Origin: a virus | DNA length: 64,000 bases | Direction: 5' to 3' (one strand) | Virus record (IMG/VR): IMGVR_UViG_3300021420_000014 | Part shown: positions 42,595-52,585 of the stretch, in pieces | Layout of the letters: each line of letters opens with the position of its first letter | Position numbering within the stretch: the first letter of the stretch is position 1 | Made by a program: the position numbers and the translations under genes | Notes under the pieces: generated by a model | The model's input: the letters and a program-made list of their open reading frames with translations, nothing else | Database searches by the model: none | Told to the model about the DNA's origin: nothing

Positions 42595-43032
42595 GTGCGC
42601 AGAATAGTTTTCAATGATGCGGATGTAGTTTCAACCGACCAAGAGCAGCGAAAGAGTTTCCTTGACTCAAGAGATCCTATTCGCGAGCGGCTTGATTATG
42701 AGGTGGCCAAACTTCGTTTACGCTATCCTCAGTTAAACGATCAGGACATTAAAATATGGTGCGACTATCGGTTGATAACTTCAGCCGAGACGGCCACGCG
42801 AGAGGTGCTGAATCACGTTTACGGAACTCCGCGCCATCCGAATTACTTTTCTGATCGGTCGCCACAAAAATCGGCCACAGATTTACTTCTCAATCCCGAT
42901 GATTTCATTGGGGTGATTTGTTGGCAATGCGGCAAGCAAGTATGGAAAGGCATTAGAAAACTGTCGCCTTACCTACCTGGGGAAGTTTTGTGCAAAATAT
43001 GCGCATATCAACGATTAAAAGGTCTGAAGTAA
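42595..43032 (+). CDS. hypothetical protein
   Basis: CWQC..CKIC. Confidence 0.5.
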   Translation: MRRIVFNDADVVSTDQEQRKSFLDSRDPIRERLDYEVAKLRLRYPQLNDQDIKIWCDYRLITSAETATREVLNHVYGTPRHPNYFSDRSPQKSATDLLLNPDDFIGVICWQCGKQVWKGIRKLSPYLPGEVLCKICAYQRLKGLK

Positions 43033-43045
43033 GCGGCTTCGAATA

Positions 43046-44044
43046 ATGCGCATCGCACTGTTTTATCCGCGGAACATTATGGCCTGCTGGTATGCGATCG
43101 GCGGCTATCATGAAACGCTCACCAGGATGGGCTATGACGTTTTGAATTGTCCTTTCCCGGGCAATGCTGTGCAGAACGTGGATTATGTGCGTCTGCACAT
43201 GCCCAGCGTCGAAGGCCTGAATAAGTGCGATATGGTCTGCTCTATGTACCACGAATACACGCAGCCGTGGCTTGCTGCCGTCTACGGATGGGAGAACTGG
43301 TCCAAGATCAAAGTGCCGATCATAGCGCGCTTTGATGAATCGATGGATCGCAACGATCTTGGGCTGCCGGCGAGAGTGCCGGAACTGTTGAAGTGGGCGA
43401 GCCACTATTCGTTTCCGGCCGCGCAAGATGCAAAGAAATACGGTGGACAATGGCTGCCATTTGGTGCCGACACGACAATCTTCAAGCCGCATCTCGAGGA
43501 TGAGCACGGCAAGGTTTATAACGTCAAAGTTTGGGAACTCGGCTTTATTGGCACGATGTATCCGGACCGCAAGAGGTATCTCGATAAGCTGATCCAGCAC
43601 ATGCCGCCCAACCTGACGTTCAGATACGGTCCGGTAATCGTGCAGGATCTCTCCGGGATCCGCGAGCGCGAGAGCACAGAGCTGCTCGCTGATAACTATC
43701 GTTCCCTAAAGATGTTTTTTTGTCTGCCGCCCATCTCGCGTCTGATCGTGGAAAAAGTCTTTGACGTGATGGCCTGTGGGACGTTTGTTTTATATCCGCG
43801 ACTCTTCGGCGAATCAGAAGAGAACCTACAAGTGTTCGAGGATCGCAAGCATCTGGTCTATTACAGCTTTGGCTATTTCGCCGACAATGCAAAGCAGATC
43901 GTTCATTACCTGCAGAACGATGAGGAACGCGCGAAGATCGCGAAGGCCGGCTGCGAGCTGGTCCACAAAAAATATACGCTTGAGGGAATGCTTGAGAGAA
44001 TGCTTGAAAGTGTAAAAGTAAAGAACGAAGCCGCGAAGGCATGA
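43046..44044 (+). CDS. GT-B glycosyltransferase (CgeB-like)
   Basis: WLPFGAD, FIGTMY..R, KVFDVMACG, RAKIAKAG. Confidence 0.85.
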   Translation: MRIALFYPRNIMACWYAIGGYHETLTRMGYDVLNCPFPGNAVQNVDYVRLHMPSVEGLNKCDMVCSMYHEYTQPWLAAVYGWENWSKIKVPIIARFDESMDRNDLGLPARVPELLKWASHYSFPAAQDAKKYGGQWLPFGADTTIFKPHLEDEHGKVYNVKVWELGFIGTMYPDRKRYLDKLIQHMPPNLTFRYGPVIVQDLSGIRERESTELLADNYRSLKMFFCLPPISRLIVEKVFDVMACGTFVLYPRLFGESEENLQVFEDRKHLVYYSFGYFADNAKQIVHYLQNDEERAKIAKAGCELVHKKYTLEGMLERMLESVKVKNEAAKA

Positions 44045-44688
44045 CCTTTCCTGAAGAGCACGCAGCCATTTGCAAAATACTATGGGAGCGCGATAGCCCT
44101 TGTGTTGTCGAGCTTGGAGCCCATGATGGCAGTGACACCGAATGGATGCTTGCGGCTTCTAAACATCCTAATATCTTCGCCATCGAGGCAGATCTGATCA
44201 ATTTTCACTCCCTCATATCAAAAATGCTCCCGATCCTTGCTGTTTACGGAGCTATTGCAGGCCACAGTGGAATTTGTGATTTCTGGGGTTCGCGCTCAAG
44301 CGGCGGAGGCTATGGTTCTATTTATAGGCCGATGAATGGCCTGAGCGTACCAGCCGATGAATTCACTGGAATCGGCCCTGTTCCTTGCTATACGTTCGAC
44401 GATTTTTGCAACAATCACGCGATCGGCCAAATCGATCTTCTCTATGTCGATATACATGGAGCCGAGCGTGACATGATCGAGCATGGCCGCGCCGCTATCG
44501 GCCGAACGCGCTATCTCTTCATGGAAGTATTCAATTATTCTGCCTATCAAAACATGGCGACAAGAGATCAGTTGTTGGCCATGCTGCCTGGTTGGACGTT
44601 AATGCAAGAGTTCCCCTGGAACGTGCTTTTGAAGAATGGGGCATACAGTGAAACTGTACGCACGAATGCCTTCGCCTCGCGAGCGTAA
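44041..44688 (+). CDS. FkbM-family methyltransferase
   Basis: ELGAHDG, IDLLYVDIHGAE. Confidence 0.85.
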   Translation: MTFPEEHAAICKILWERDSPCVVELGAHDGSDTEWMLAASKHPNIFAIEADLINFHSLISKMLPILAVYGAIAGHSGICDFWGSRSSGGGYGSIYRPMNGLSVPADEFTGIGPVPCYTFDDFCNNHAIGQIDLLYVDIHGAERDMIEHGRAAIGRTRYLFMEVFNYSAYQNMATRDQLLAMLPGWTLMQEFPWNVLLKNGAYSETVRTNAFASRA

Positions 44689-45190
44689 ATTATACGATAT
44701 GGTGATCGGCCGCGGCGTAGAACAAGAAGTCGGAGCATTGCTATATGGGTTAGTCCGCGTGCTTAAACCGAATGTGTGCGTAGAAACAGGAACGCTAGTC
44801 GGCGATTCTGCCGAGTGGATTGGGCGAGCTCTGCGCGATAACGGCTTTGGCCATTTGACGACTTGCGATATCGATCCAGCTAGGATTGAGCCAGCCAGTA
44901 AACGTCTTCAGGGCTTACCTGTTTCGATCATTCAGAAGCCAGGAATAGAGACGTTGGGCAGTTTTGAAATGATGGATTTTGTTCACATTGATTCCGGAGA
45001 TTTAGAGTGCCGTATCAACGAAGTCATGAGCCTGGATGAACGCAATATCTCGCCCGGTGGAATTGTGTGCTGGCACGACGCTATCGTTGGATTTGACTCG
45101 ATGTACGAATCATTTGCGAACGCTAGAAATTGGCCGCATCTGCTGATACCTAGTGTGGTAGGCTTGGCTGTGTTTGCGCGGCCTGAATAA
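44648..45190 (+). CDS. class I SAM-dependent methyltransferase
   Basis: VETGTLVGDS, DFVHIDS, PGGIVCWHD. Confidence 0.85.
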   Translation: MKLYARMPSPRERKLYDMVIGRGVEQEVGALLYGLVRVLKPNVCVETGTLVGDSAEWIGRALRDNGFGHLTTCDIDPARIEPASKRLQGLPVSIIQKPGIETLGSFEMMDFVHIDSGDLECRINEVMSLDERNISPGGIVCWHDAIVGFDSMYESFANARNWPHLLIPSVVGLAVFARPE

Positions 45191-45199
45191 TCAGTAATC

Positions 45200-45403
45200 A
45201 TGAACAAAAATCATGAACAAAAATTGACGTACTGGTTTTATATTGATCGAGGGCTGTGCGGTCATTGCCATAAACAGCCTCTCGCGGCTGGGTCAAAAAG
45301 CTATTGCTCCGAATGTCTGGAGAATCACCGAGCTTCTAATCGAAGGCTGTTCGGCTATAAAGGCATCCCAAAAATGGGCAGGCCAGCTTTGCCCAGGGCA
45401 TGA
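45200..45403 (+). CDS. small Zn-finger protein
   Basis: GLCGHC..YCSECL. Confidence 0.5.
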   Translation: MNKNHEQKLTYWFYIDRGLCGHCHKQPLAAGSKSYCSECLENHRASNRRLFGYKGIPKMGRPALPRA

Positions 45404-46074
45404 TCTCCATCCTATTTCCGACGCGCGGTCGCCCGAAACAACTTCGCCGTCTTTATGATTCCTTCCAGGTTCACAGCACGGTTTCGCCAGAGATAATCTG
45501 CTACGTGGACGATGATGATCGCTCCTATGATGACGTAGGATGTGTAAATATCATTCGCGGTCCACAAACCGTGCTCTCTGGCTACTGGGATAAGTTGCTG
45601 CCTTACGCTACCGGCGATCTGCTCATGGCTTCTGCGGATGATGTAGTATGCTGCACGCCTGGATGGGATGGCTTAGTGGAAGCCGCCTTTGCACAGTGTC
45701 CGGATAAGATCCTCATGGTTTTTGGCGATGACGGAGGGCCAGATGGTAAAAAATATCCGACATCTCCAATCATTCATCGCCGCTGGGTTGAAACTGTGGG
45801 GCGATGGATCCCACCCTATTTTTGCGCCGATTATATCGATAGCTGGCTATGGGATGTTGCTAGAAGAATTAAACGTATTCAATACGTTCCTTTTCTTGTC
45901 GAGCATATTCACCCTCTTTGGAATAAGGCACCGCTTGACGATACTTACCGTAGAGGCGACCAAAGGCGTCAAGAGCAGCAACCTTGGAAAGCATATGAAT
46001 TGACAGCCCGCGAGCGCGAAAGCGAAAGCAATAAATTGCGAGCCGTAATGGATCCGAATTGGAAGGTGCCGTGA
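45400..46074 (+). CDS. GT2 glycosyltransferase
   Basis: ISILFPTRGRP, ADD, EHIHP. Confidence 0.85.
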   Translation: MISILFPTRGRPKQLRRLYDSFQVHSTVSPEIICYVDDDDRSYDDVGCVNIIRGPQTVLSGYWDKLLPYATGDLLMASADDVVCCTPGWDGLVEAAFAQCPDKILMVFGDDGGPDGKKYPTSPIIHRRWVETVGRWIPPYFCADYIDSWLWDVARRIKRIQYVPFLVEHIHPLWNKAPLDDTYRRGDQRRQEQQPWKAYELTARERESESNKLRAVMDPNWKVP

Positions 46075-46709
46075 GTTCTGAAAGTGAAATGATGGCGGTC
46101 GGCGCAATTTTAAGGGAATGCAGAAACCCTGTGATCGTCGACCTTGGCTCCCATCAAGGCGAGGACACTCTCTGGATGGCTAGCTATGTCCGTGATCGCC
46201 AGCCGAAGATCATCATGGTCGAAGCCGACAAAGAAAACTTTGCAACCATCGCAAACATTGCTGCCCACGTCACTGGGTTCACGGCAATCTTCGGAGCCAT
46301 CCACGACCACACTGGTACGTGCGACTTTTGGGCGTGCTACACCACTGAAGGCCGCGGCTCAGGATCGATACGTCGACCAAGCGGTCATCTTCGAGAGAAG
46401 CCTTGGTACGATTTCCGGTTGCTCAGTGAACAGATACCTTGTTACGACTTAGACACTATTTTTGCCACTGTCGGTTTGGATCACATCGACGTTTTGTGGG
46501 TCGACATCCAGGGTGCCGAGCGCGACATGATCAAGGGCGGTCAGGCGGCATTAAAACGCACGCGCTATTTGTTCATTGAATCGGAAGAACGTGAACTCTA
46601 TGATGGCCAGGCTCTACGTCCGGAGCTGCTGGAGATGTTGCCGGGATGGACGGTCACCGATGTCTTCGATTATAACCTGTTGTTGCGCAACGATCGGTAC
46701 ATGGAATGA
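46071..46709 (+). CDS. FkbM-family methyltransferase
   Basis: DLGSHQG, WVDIQGAE. Confidence 0.85.
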   Translation: MSSESEMMAVGAILRECRNPVIVDLGSHQGEDTLWMASYVRDRQPKIIMVEADKENFATIANIAAHVTGFTAIFGAIHDHTGTCDFWACYTTEGRGSGSIRRPSGHLREKPWYDFRLLSEQIPCYDLDTIFATVGLDHIDVLWVDIQGAERDMIKGGQAALKRTRYLFIESEERELYDGQALRPELLEMLPGWTVTDVFDYNLLLRNDRYME

Positions 46710-46878
46710 GTTTAGTTGATAGACCGTGCGTGATATGCGGGCACTCACGCCTTCAGCATTCGATGTTTGGAGCCAAGAAATGCCGCGGCGTGCATCTTGA
46801 CTGTGACTGTCCTGGCTTCTCAGATGATCCCGCCGGTTTGCCTCGCTCCAGCAAGCCCAGAGAAAGCGGCGACAATCT

Positions 46879-47565
46879 ATGATCAGCCTGCTTTGCCCGA
46901 CAAGAGGCCGGCCTTTTCAGCTTGAGAGGATGGTTCACTCCGTCCTAGCGACAGTCGCTAATCCTATAGAGATACTTCTATATGTAGATAGCGATGATCT
47001 CGCTAGCGCGAAATGTGGTGTCGAGCTGTGCGTCTCTTATATCAAAATTGGACCGCGGATTATCTTGTCCCAGACATGGAATGAACTAGCTAAACACGCA
47101 ACTGGAGATATCCTCGCACAGTGGAACGACGATATAATCGCACGTTCGCCAGGATGGGATAAGCTCGTAGAAGAAGCTTTCGCGGCCTGTCCGGATAAAA
47201 TCCTCATGGTGCATGGCAACGATGGCAGTGATTCGGGCCTTCCAAGCAGCAATGGCAGCTTTGGCGTTCACCCATTTGTGCATCGGCGTTGGATCGAAAC
47301 GCTTGGCTATTTCATGCCGGGAATTTATTCATCTGATTACGGCGACGCCTATGTTAATTTTTGTGCAGATCAACTGGGACGCAGAAGATACCTTCCCTTT
47401 ATAATCGAGCACATGCATTTCTGGCTTGGCAAGGCCAGCGAAGATCAAACTACAAGAGATCGACTGGCCCGTCATGATCGTGACAACGTCAGCCAATTAT
47501 GGCGAGAGTCTCTTCCGCAACGCATAGAAGACGTTCAAAAACTCAGGAGGGCAATGAATGGCTGA
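46879..47565 (+). CDS. GT2 glycosyltransferase
   Basis: ISLLCPTRGRP, NDD; paralog of 45400. Confidence 0.85.
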   Translation: MISLLCPTRGRPFQLERMVHSVLATVANPIEILLYVDSDDLASAKCGVELCVSYIKIGPRIILSQTWNELAKHATGDILAQWNDDIIARSPGWDKLVEEAFAACPDKILMVHGNDGSDSGLPSSNGSFGVHPFVHRRWIETLGYFMPGIYSSDYGDAYVNFCADQLGRRRYLPFIIEHMHFWLGKASEDQTTRDRLARHDRDNVSQLWRESLPQRIEDVQKLRRAMNG

Positions 47566-48343
47566 ACAAACAGCAAAACCAAAGGTAAAGCCAGAAGTAA
47601 AAGCGGAAGAAAAAATGCCAGAAGTGAAGCCAAAGCCACATGGAATCAAGTGGTCTATTTTGATCCTGCACGAGCCCGGTCGTTCGGCATTGCTCGAACG
47701 TCTTATGGCTGCGCTGCGCCCACAAGTCCAAGGCAAGGATGACGTCGAAATCATTGTGCGCCCATTCGATAAAGGTTTGGATCTCGGCTCAAATCGTCAA
47801 GCAATGATCGAAGCAGCCAAGGGCGAATATGTGAGTCAGATCGACGACGACGATCTAGTGGCTGACAATTATGTGTCCACGATTTATCCGCTGCTCGATG
47901 GAATAGATTACATCGGATTCCAACTCCAAATGTATATGGACGGCGATAAACAGGTTCCAACATTCCATTCCTTGCGCTACAAGGAATGGTCAGGAGATTC
48001 CAAAGGTTGGTATAGAGATATTTCTCACGTGAATCCGATGCGCCGCGAGCTAGCATTACAGGTGCCGATGCGCGGCGGCCCGGGCGAAGATGCGCGATGG
48101 GCAGCCGAGCTCCGCAATAAGGGAGTCGTCAAGACCGAACACTACATTTCCGAAATCATGTACCTTTACTATTTTAGAAGTAATAAAGCGGCGTATTCAG
48201 GACCTGCTGCGTCAGGTCCTGGTCCTGGGCACTCAACGGTGCCTTTACAGCAAGCCAAATGCACAGAATGCGGAAGTACGGCAGTTTCAATGGCGGGTGG
48301 TATGAGGCATTGTAATAGTTGCGGGCATCGCTGGGAACCGTGA
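47558..48343 (+). CDS. GT2 glycosyltransferase
   Basis: AKGEYVSQIDDDD, GED. Confidence 0.85.
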   Translation: MAEQTAKPKVKPEVKAEEKMPEVKPKPHGIKWSILILHEPGRSALLERLMAALRPQVQGKDDVEIIVRPFDKGLDLGSNRQAMIEAAKGEYVSQIDDDDLVADNYVSTIYPLLDGIDYIGFQLQMYMDGDKQVPTFHSLRYKEWSGDSKGWYRDISHVNPMRRELALQVPMRGGPGEDARWAAELRNKGVVKTEHYISEIMYLYYFRSNKAAYSGPAASGPGPGHSTVPLQQAKCTECGSTAVSMAGGMRHCNSCGHRWEP

Positions 48344-48352
48344 GGTCTGAGC

Positions 48353-48547
48353 ATGGCTGGCAATCGATTGACTCAAGAAACTACTTTGACGGCTTCAGAG
48401 CCGCTGCCGGCAGATTTGTGTGAATATGTGACCGTGGTATGTTCCGCCGGTAATTGCGAATTCATGTGGATCGTTGAAGATTATGACGGCGATTACATTG
48501 AGCTGCCAAAGTTCTGCCCAAGCTGTGGAAGGCGAGCCGAAGGATGA
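48353..48547 (+). CDS. small Zn-ribbon protein
   Basis: KFCPSCG. Confidence 0.45.
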   Translation: MAGNRLTQETTLTASEPLPADLCEYVTVVCSAGNCEFMWIVEDYDGDYIELPKFCPSCGRRAEG

Positions 48548-49389
48548 TAATTTACTGCATTCAGAACTGTATCAACGATAAGGTCTACGTAGGCCAGACG
48601 GTAAAACCGCTAGCGAAAAGGTGGGCACAACATCGGCAAGAGTGCCGAGGGAGCCGAATCTGCGCTGCCGTTAGCAAATATGGCCAACGGAACTTTGAGA
48701 TATCCATACTCTCTACTAGCGCAATTAAAAGCTCACTCGACAACTTGGAACGAGTCTGGATCATACTCCTTCAGTCTACTCACAAAACATTCGGCTACAA
48801 CGTTGCTGTTGGCGGCTCAGCACCGCCAACTCGTACAACGCCTTGCACTGTCTGTGGCGCGTCGGTTACTTATTGCTCTTGGCGCGTAGCCAAATATTGC
48901 AAAGAGTGCTATGTCACACAACGGAATGCACGCGTTATGGCGCGTCGCAGGGCACGCGGTATGCCACCGGATAGATTATTCGATGGTGACATTGCCTCTC
49001 TTTATCAGAGACATTCAGAAGGCGTTTCGATCAATGCTCTCTCGAAGGAGCTTGGATTTTCGCGCGAGACAATTACTAGAGCATTTCGAAATGCCGGATT
49101 GACGGTTCATAATTTTCCTGAAGCCATCAAACGTGCTGCCTCTACTGGAGGTAAGCGTCGTTGGGAACTACACAAATATCCTATTCCTGGTGGAGGTCGT
49201 CGCTACGCCGAGTTATATGGAAGTCCTGGAACTGCTGAAAGCAGGAGTAGAGGCGGTCGCAAGAGTATTGGTGTTCCTGGAGATTCCGAAAGTCGCAAAA
49301 GGGGTCGCATTAAAGCTAGCCATAACCGATGGCACGTTAAGCGTGGCATAAATAATCCGGCATGTGCATTTTGTTTGGAGATATCGTGA
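48544..49389 (+). CDS. GIY-YIG endonuclease
   Basis: IIYCIQNCINDKVYVGQT, GYNVAVGG. Confidence 0.85.
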   Translation: MIIYCIQNCINDKVYVGQTVKPLAKRWAQHRQECRGSRICAAVSKYGQRNFEISILSTSAIKSSLDNLERVWIILLQSTHKTFGYNVAVGGSAPPTRTTPCTVCGASVTYCSWRVAKYCKECYVTQRNARVMARRRARGMPPDRLFDGDIASLYQRHSEGVSINALSKELGFSRETITRAFRNAGLTVHNFPEAIKRAASTGGKRRWELHKYPIPGGGRRYAELYGSPGTAESRSRGGRKSIGVPGDSESRKRGRIKASHNRWHVKRGINNPACAFCLEIS

Positions 49390-50204
49390 TGGAGAGAATA
49401 TGTGTGTGTGGATTAGGACGCGTAGGACTCCCACTACTAGAGATGCTGCGCTACATCGGCTTCCAAGCGATTGGCTATGACCTGGATCCAGCGAAAACAG
49501 AATGCAATGGAGCAGAGGCTGTCGACCGCTCTGATGCGGCCATCTTCATCGTTCAAACGCCGTCTAATCCGGATGGCTCATTTTCCAATGCGCATTTATT
49601 TGAAGCCTTAGAACGGTTCTCTCGTCACGCAGCCGTCCAGAAGAAACATGATTATCTCTACATCATCGGCAGCACGACGACGCCAGGTAGTTGCAACAAA
49701 TTCCTTGAAATGGTTGGCCCAAACATCTGTTATAAGCCTGAGTTTATCCGGCTCGCCGACGTGCGCCGCGATCTATTGAATCCTGCAATCGTGTTGATCG
49801 GCTCAAATCACAAAGGGGCCGGCGACCAATGCGAAGAAATCTATAAACGCGTGACATCCGCGCCGGTAAAGCGTATGAGTATGATCGAAGCGGAACTAGC
49901 AAAGATCACTTTGAATTGTGCCTTGACGATGAAGATTTCGCTGGCTAATCAATTGCATCTTGTCGCCAAGGAACTCGGCGCGGATTCTTCGATTATCATG
50001 GATGCCGTTGGCAGCGATCCGCGCATAGGGAACGCCTATTTGAAGCCTGGATCTCCCTATGGAGGGCCCTGCCTACCCCGCGATAACCGTATGTTTCAAT
50101 ACGTAGCTAAGACGGTTGGTGTAGATGCCTGCCTTTCCGCAGCTGCAGATCAAATCAATGAATCAGAGGGCATTGGTAAATTGAAAACCGCCGAAGTAGT
50201 CTAG
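49389..50204 (+). CDS. nucleotide-sugar dehydrogenase-like protein (short)
   Basis: GLGRVG, STTTPG, PEF, AELAK, DPRIG, GGPCLPRD; lacks C-terminal domain. Confidence 0.85.
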   Translation: MERICVCGLGRVGLPLLEMLRYIGFQAIGYDLDPAKTECNGAEAVDRSDAAIFIVQTPSNPDGSFSNAHLFEALERFSRHAAVQKKHDYLYIIGSTTTPGSCNKFLEMVGPNICYKPEFIRLADVRRDLLNPAIVLIGSNHKGAGDQCEEIYKRVTSAPVKRMSMIEAELAKITLNCALTMKISLANQLHLVAKELGADSSIIMDAVGSDPRIGNAYLKPGSPYGGPCLPRDNRMFQYVAKTVGVDACLSAAADQINESEGIGKLKTAEVV

Positions 50205-50224
50205 AAGCATGGTAGTATTCTTCC

Positions 50225-51085
50225 GTGAGCCTACGCGGTAAGTCCCTCTCGATCCTTACCCCTATGTACGGTGGCCAGCTTTCCATGAATTATCATTCTT
50301 CCTTCTTGCAACTCGCGCTTTTGTGCCGCGAGAGAGGGATCGACTTCGGCTGGAGCAACGTCATCAATGAATCGCTGATCTCCCGCGCTCGCAATACATT
50401 GGCAGACAGCTATCTGAAAGATAGCTCGAGGACACATGCTGTGTTTATCGACGCCGACATTGGATTCGATGCGCTCGATATTCTCGCCATGCTGGAAATG
50501 GATGTCGATATCGTCGGCGTTCCCTGCTCCAAAAAGTCCATTCGCTGGGATCGCGTCCAGCACGCCATCACTAAGCGTGTGTTTCAGTGGGTAAAGGAGA
50601 ATGAAGCGATTTGTCAAAATGGCTCAGACGTCAATAGCCTAGCGCAACAATTCCAGCGCGACGGCATGGAGATCGATCCAGCAGAGTTTCCCAGAATTGC
50701 AGGCGATTTCGTTATGCGCTTCCTGCCTTTCGAAGAAAAGGTAATCCAAGTCGACAAGCCAGAGATAATGAAACAAATGGGTACAGGCTTGCTGATGATC
50801 AAGAGGGAAGTCTTTTTGAAATTCAAGAAGGCTTATCCCGACCGCTGGTATGAGGCACCGCACGGCGAATCAGGTACGCTTCCTGGCCAGATACACGATT
50901 TCTTCAGGGTGGGCGTAAATCCGGAAACGCGCCTCTACGATTCCGAAGATTTCTGGTTTTGTAAAAATTGTTCCGATCTCGGTTACAAGATCTGGATGCT
51001 TCCCCATGTGCGCACCACGCATATGGGCACCTATACTTTTGTTGGAGACATGCCGGCAGCGCTTGCCTACGCCGGAGAGATTTGA
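50225..51085 (+). CDS. GT-A glycosyltransferase-like protein
   Basis: ESLISRARN, FIDADI, GTGLLMIKR, SEDFWFC. Confidence 0.8.
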   Translation: MSLRGKSLSILTPMYGGQLSMNYHSSFLQLALLCRERGIDFGWSNVINESLISRARNTLADSYLKDSSRTHAVFIDADIGFDALDILAMLEMDVDIVGVPCSKKSIRWDRVQHAITKRVFQWVKENEAICQNGSDVNSLAQQFQRDGMEIDPAEFPRIAGDFVMRFLPFEEKVIQVDKPEIMKQMGTGLLMIKREVFLKFKKAYPDRWYEAPHGESGTLPGQIHDFFRVGVNPETRLYDSEDFWFCKNCSDLGYKIWMLPHVRTTHMGTYTFVGDMPAALAYAGEI

Positions 51086-51094
51086 GGAGCAATC

Positions 51095-51334
51095 ATGGCA
51101 TTCCAACTTAATCCGATGGGGATAACCGGGCCGACCTGGGCCGGCAACTTTGTTCAATCCGATTACCGTGTACCGGCCGTGAACTCTGCGGTTGCGTCCT
51201 CTCCCGTTGGTGCCGATGAATTCGTTGGCACTTGGCCAATCGCTGTTTATACGCAACCCAATTATCCGACGACGCCAGTGCCGAATCCTCCCTTCCCGCT
51301 CGGCAATTGGACTCCAATTAAGACATTGCAATAG
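51095..51334 (+). CDS. small Pro-rich protein with GPTWAGNFVQ motif
   Basis: GAGGAG RBS; motif related to the 35776/35965 peptides. Confidence 0.7.
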   Translation: MAFQLNPMGITGPTWAGNFVQSDYRVPAVNSAVASSPVGADEFVGTWPIAVYTQPNYPTTPVPNPPFPLGNWTPIKTLQ

Positions 51335-51336
51335 AC

Positions 51337-52032
51337 ATGGCTGGCGCAACCACATCGGTACTTGACTTGATCTCGGTTCAGGACATGCACGACTGGATCC
51401 CTGGGCTCAAGCAATCCACGACCGATGATGATGTGCTTCTCCAGGCATGCATCACAGCCTGGGGCTTTGAGTTTCTGAGCCGCACTGGCCTTGGCGATCA
51501 AAACACTGATTTCGCGCAATCTCCATTCACTGCAATTTGTAACTTCGATGAATTCCATGACGGTTCAGGAACGACCAGATTGTTTTTGAAGAATAGGCCA
51601 ATTAGAACCGTGACACTCTTGAATATCAACGGAATGAGTGTGGCTCCATCCACAGGTGTTGCTGTGCAGGGATACGTGATTGATGGAAATGCTAAAAGTA
51701 TTGCATTGAGAAGCGGAGTTCCAGGAACCGGTGGGCCCAGCCCTATCTTTGCGCAGTGGCAGGCTGGACCCTTCTACGCCTTAGGCGGAGGCTTGCGCTT
51801 TTGGAAAGGGATCCAAAACATAGAAGTCCAATACACGGCCGGCTACGCCACTGTTCCGGCAGACATAGCACAAGCTGCCAAGATTGTCGTCCATCAAAAC
51901 TACAAACGTCGGCCGTATACAGATGAAGCATCGCGCTCTTTGGCTGGTGGCGGTGGAACGATTCGTTATCGCGATTGGGATATACCAATCGCCGCACAGT
52001 GGGTCGTGGACCGCTACACGCGTACTTTGTAG
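51337..52032 (+). CDS. head-tail adaptor protein
   Basis: NIEVQYTAGYATVPADIAQA motif. Confidence 0.8.
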   Translation: MAGATTSVLDLISVQDMHDWIPGLKQSTTDDDVLLQACITAWGFEFLSRTGLGDQNTDFAQSPFTAICNFDEFHDGSGTTRLFLKNRPIRTVTLLNINGMSVAPSTGVAVQGYVIDGNAKSIALRSGVPGTGGPSPIFAQWQAGPFYALGGGLRFWKGIQNIEVQYTAGYATVPADIAQAAKIVVHQNYKRRPYTDEASRSLAGGGGTIRYRDWDIPIAAQWVVDRYTRTL

Positions 52033-52042
52033 TGACTAACGC

Positions 52043-52534
52043 ATGCCTGATACTCTTAAGATCACCATGCAGAATGATGCAACTCTGATCGCCAAGTTGC
52101 GTGCGGCAGGGCCGCGGATTATTCAAGTCATTACGAACAAAATGAATGCACTCATGTTTCTTTTGGAAGGTAAGATCAAGAGCGAAAAACTGTCGGGCCA
52201 AGTATTGCAACGCCGCAGTGGCATACTCTCTGGAAGTGTGCGCGCGATCCCGGCCGCGCTCGAAGGAACCAATATTGTTGGCGGGGTAACGGCTGGAGGC
52301 GGCGCAGCCATGTATGCAAGTGTGCAAGAATACGGTGGCACTCACGCCTATCCGGTATTCGCTGTGAAAGCTCGGGCCTTGGCATTTTTAATGGATGGCA
52401 AGCAGGTTTTTGCAAAGCGCGTCATGCATCCACCTCTACCCGCTAGATCGTACATGCGCTCGTCTCTCGAAGAGAATTCCGCTAAAATCAAATCCGAACT
52501 CCAGCAATCCATCCTGGATAGCCTCAACGAATAA
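52043..52534 (+). CDS. HK97 gp10-like neck/tail completion protein
   Basis: RSGILSGS, YASVQEYG, RSYMRSSL. Confidence 0.75.
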   Translation: MPDTLKITMQNDATLIAKLRAAGPRIIQVITNKMNALMFLLEGKIKSEKLSGQVLQRRSGILSGSVRAIPAALEGTNIVGGVTAGGGAAMYASVQEYGGTHAYPVFAVKARALAFLMDGKQVFAKRVMHPPLPARSYMRSSLEENSAKIKSELQQSILDSLNE

Positions 52535-52557
52535 TTCTTGTTGTTGCTGTTGCTTTT
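52530..52557 (+). repeat. 28-bp repeat of 37682-37709
   Basis: exact match. Confidence 0.9.
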
Positions 52558-52585
52558 GTATAGTAGCGTCCCTGTTGGTTCTCGA

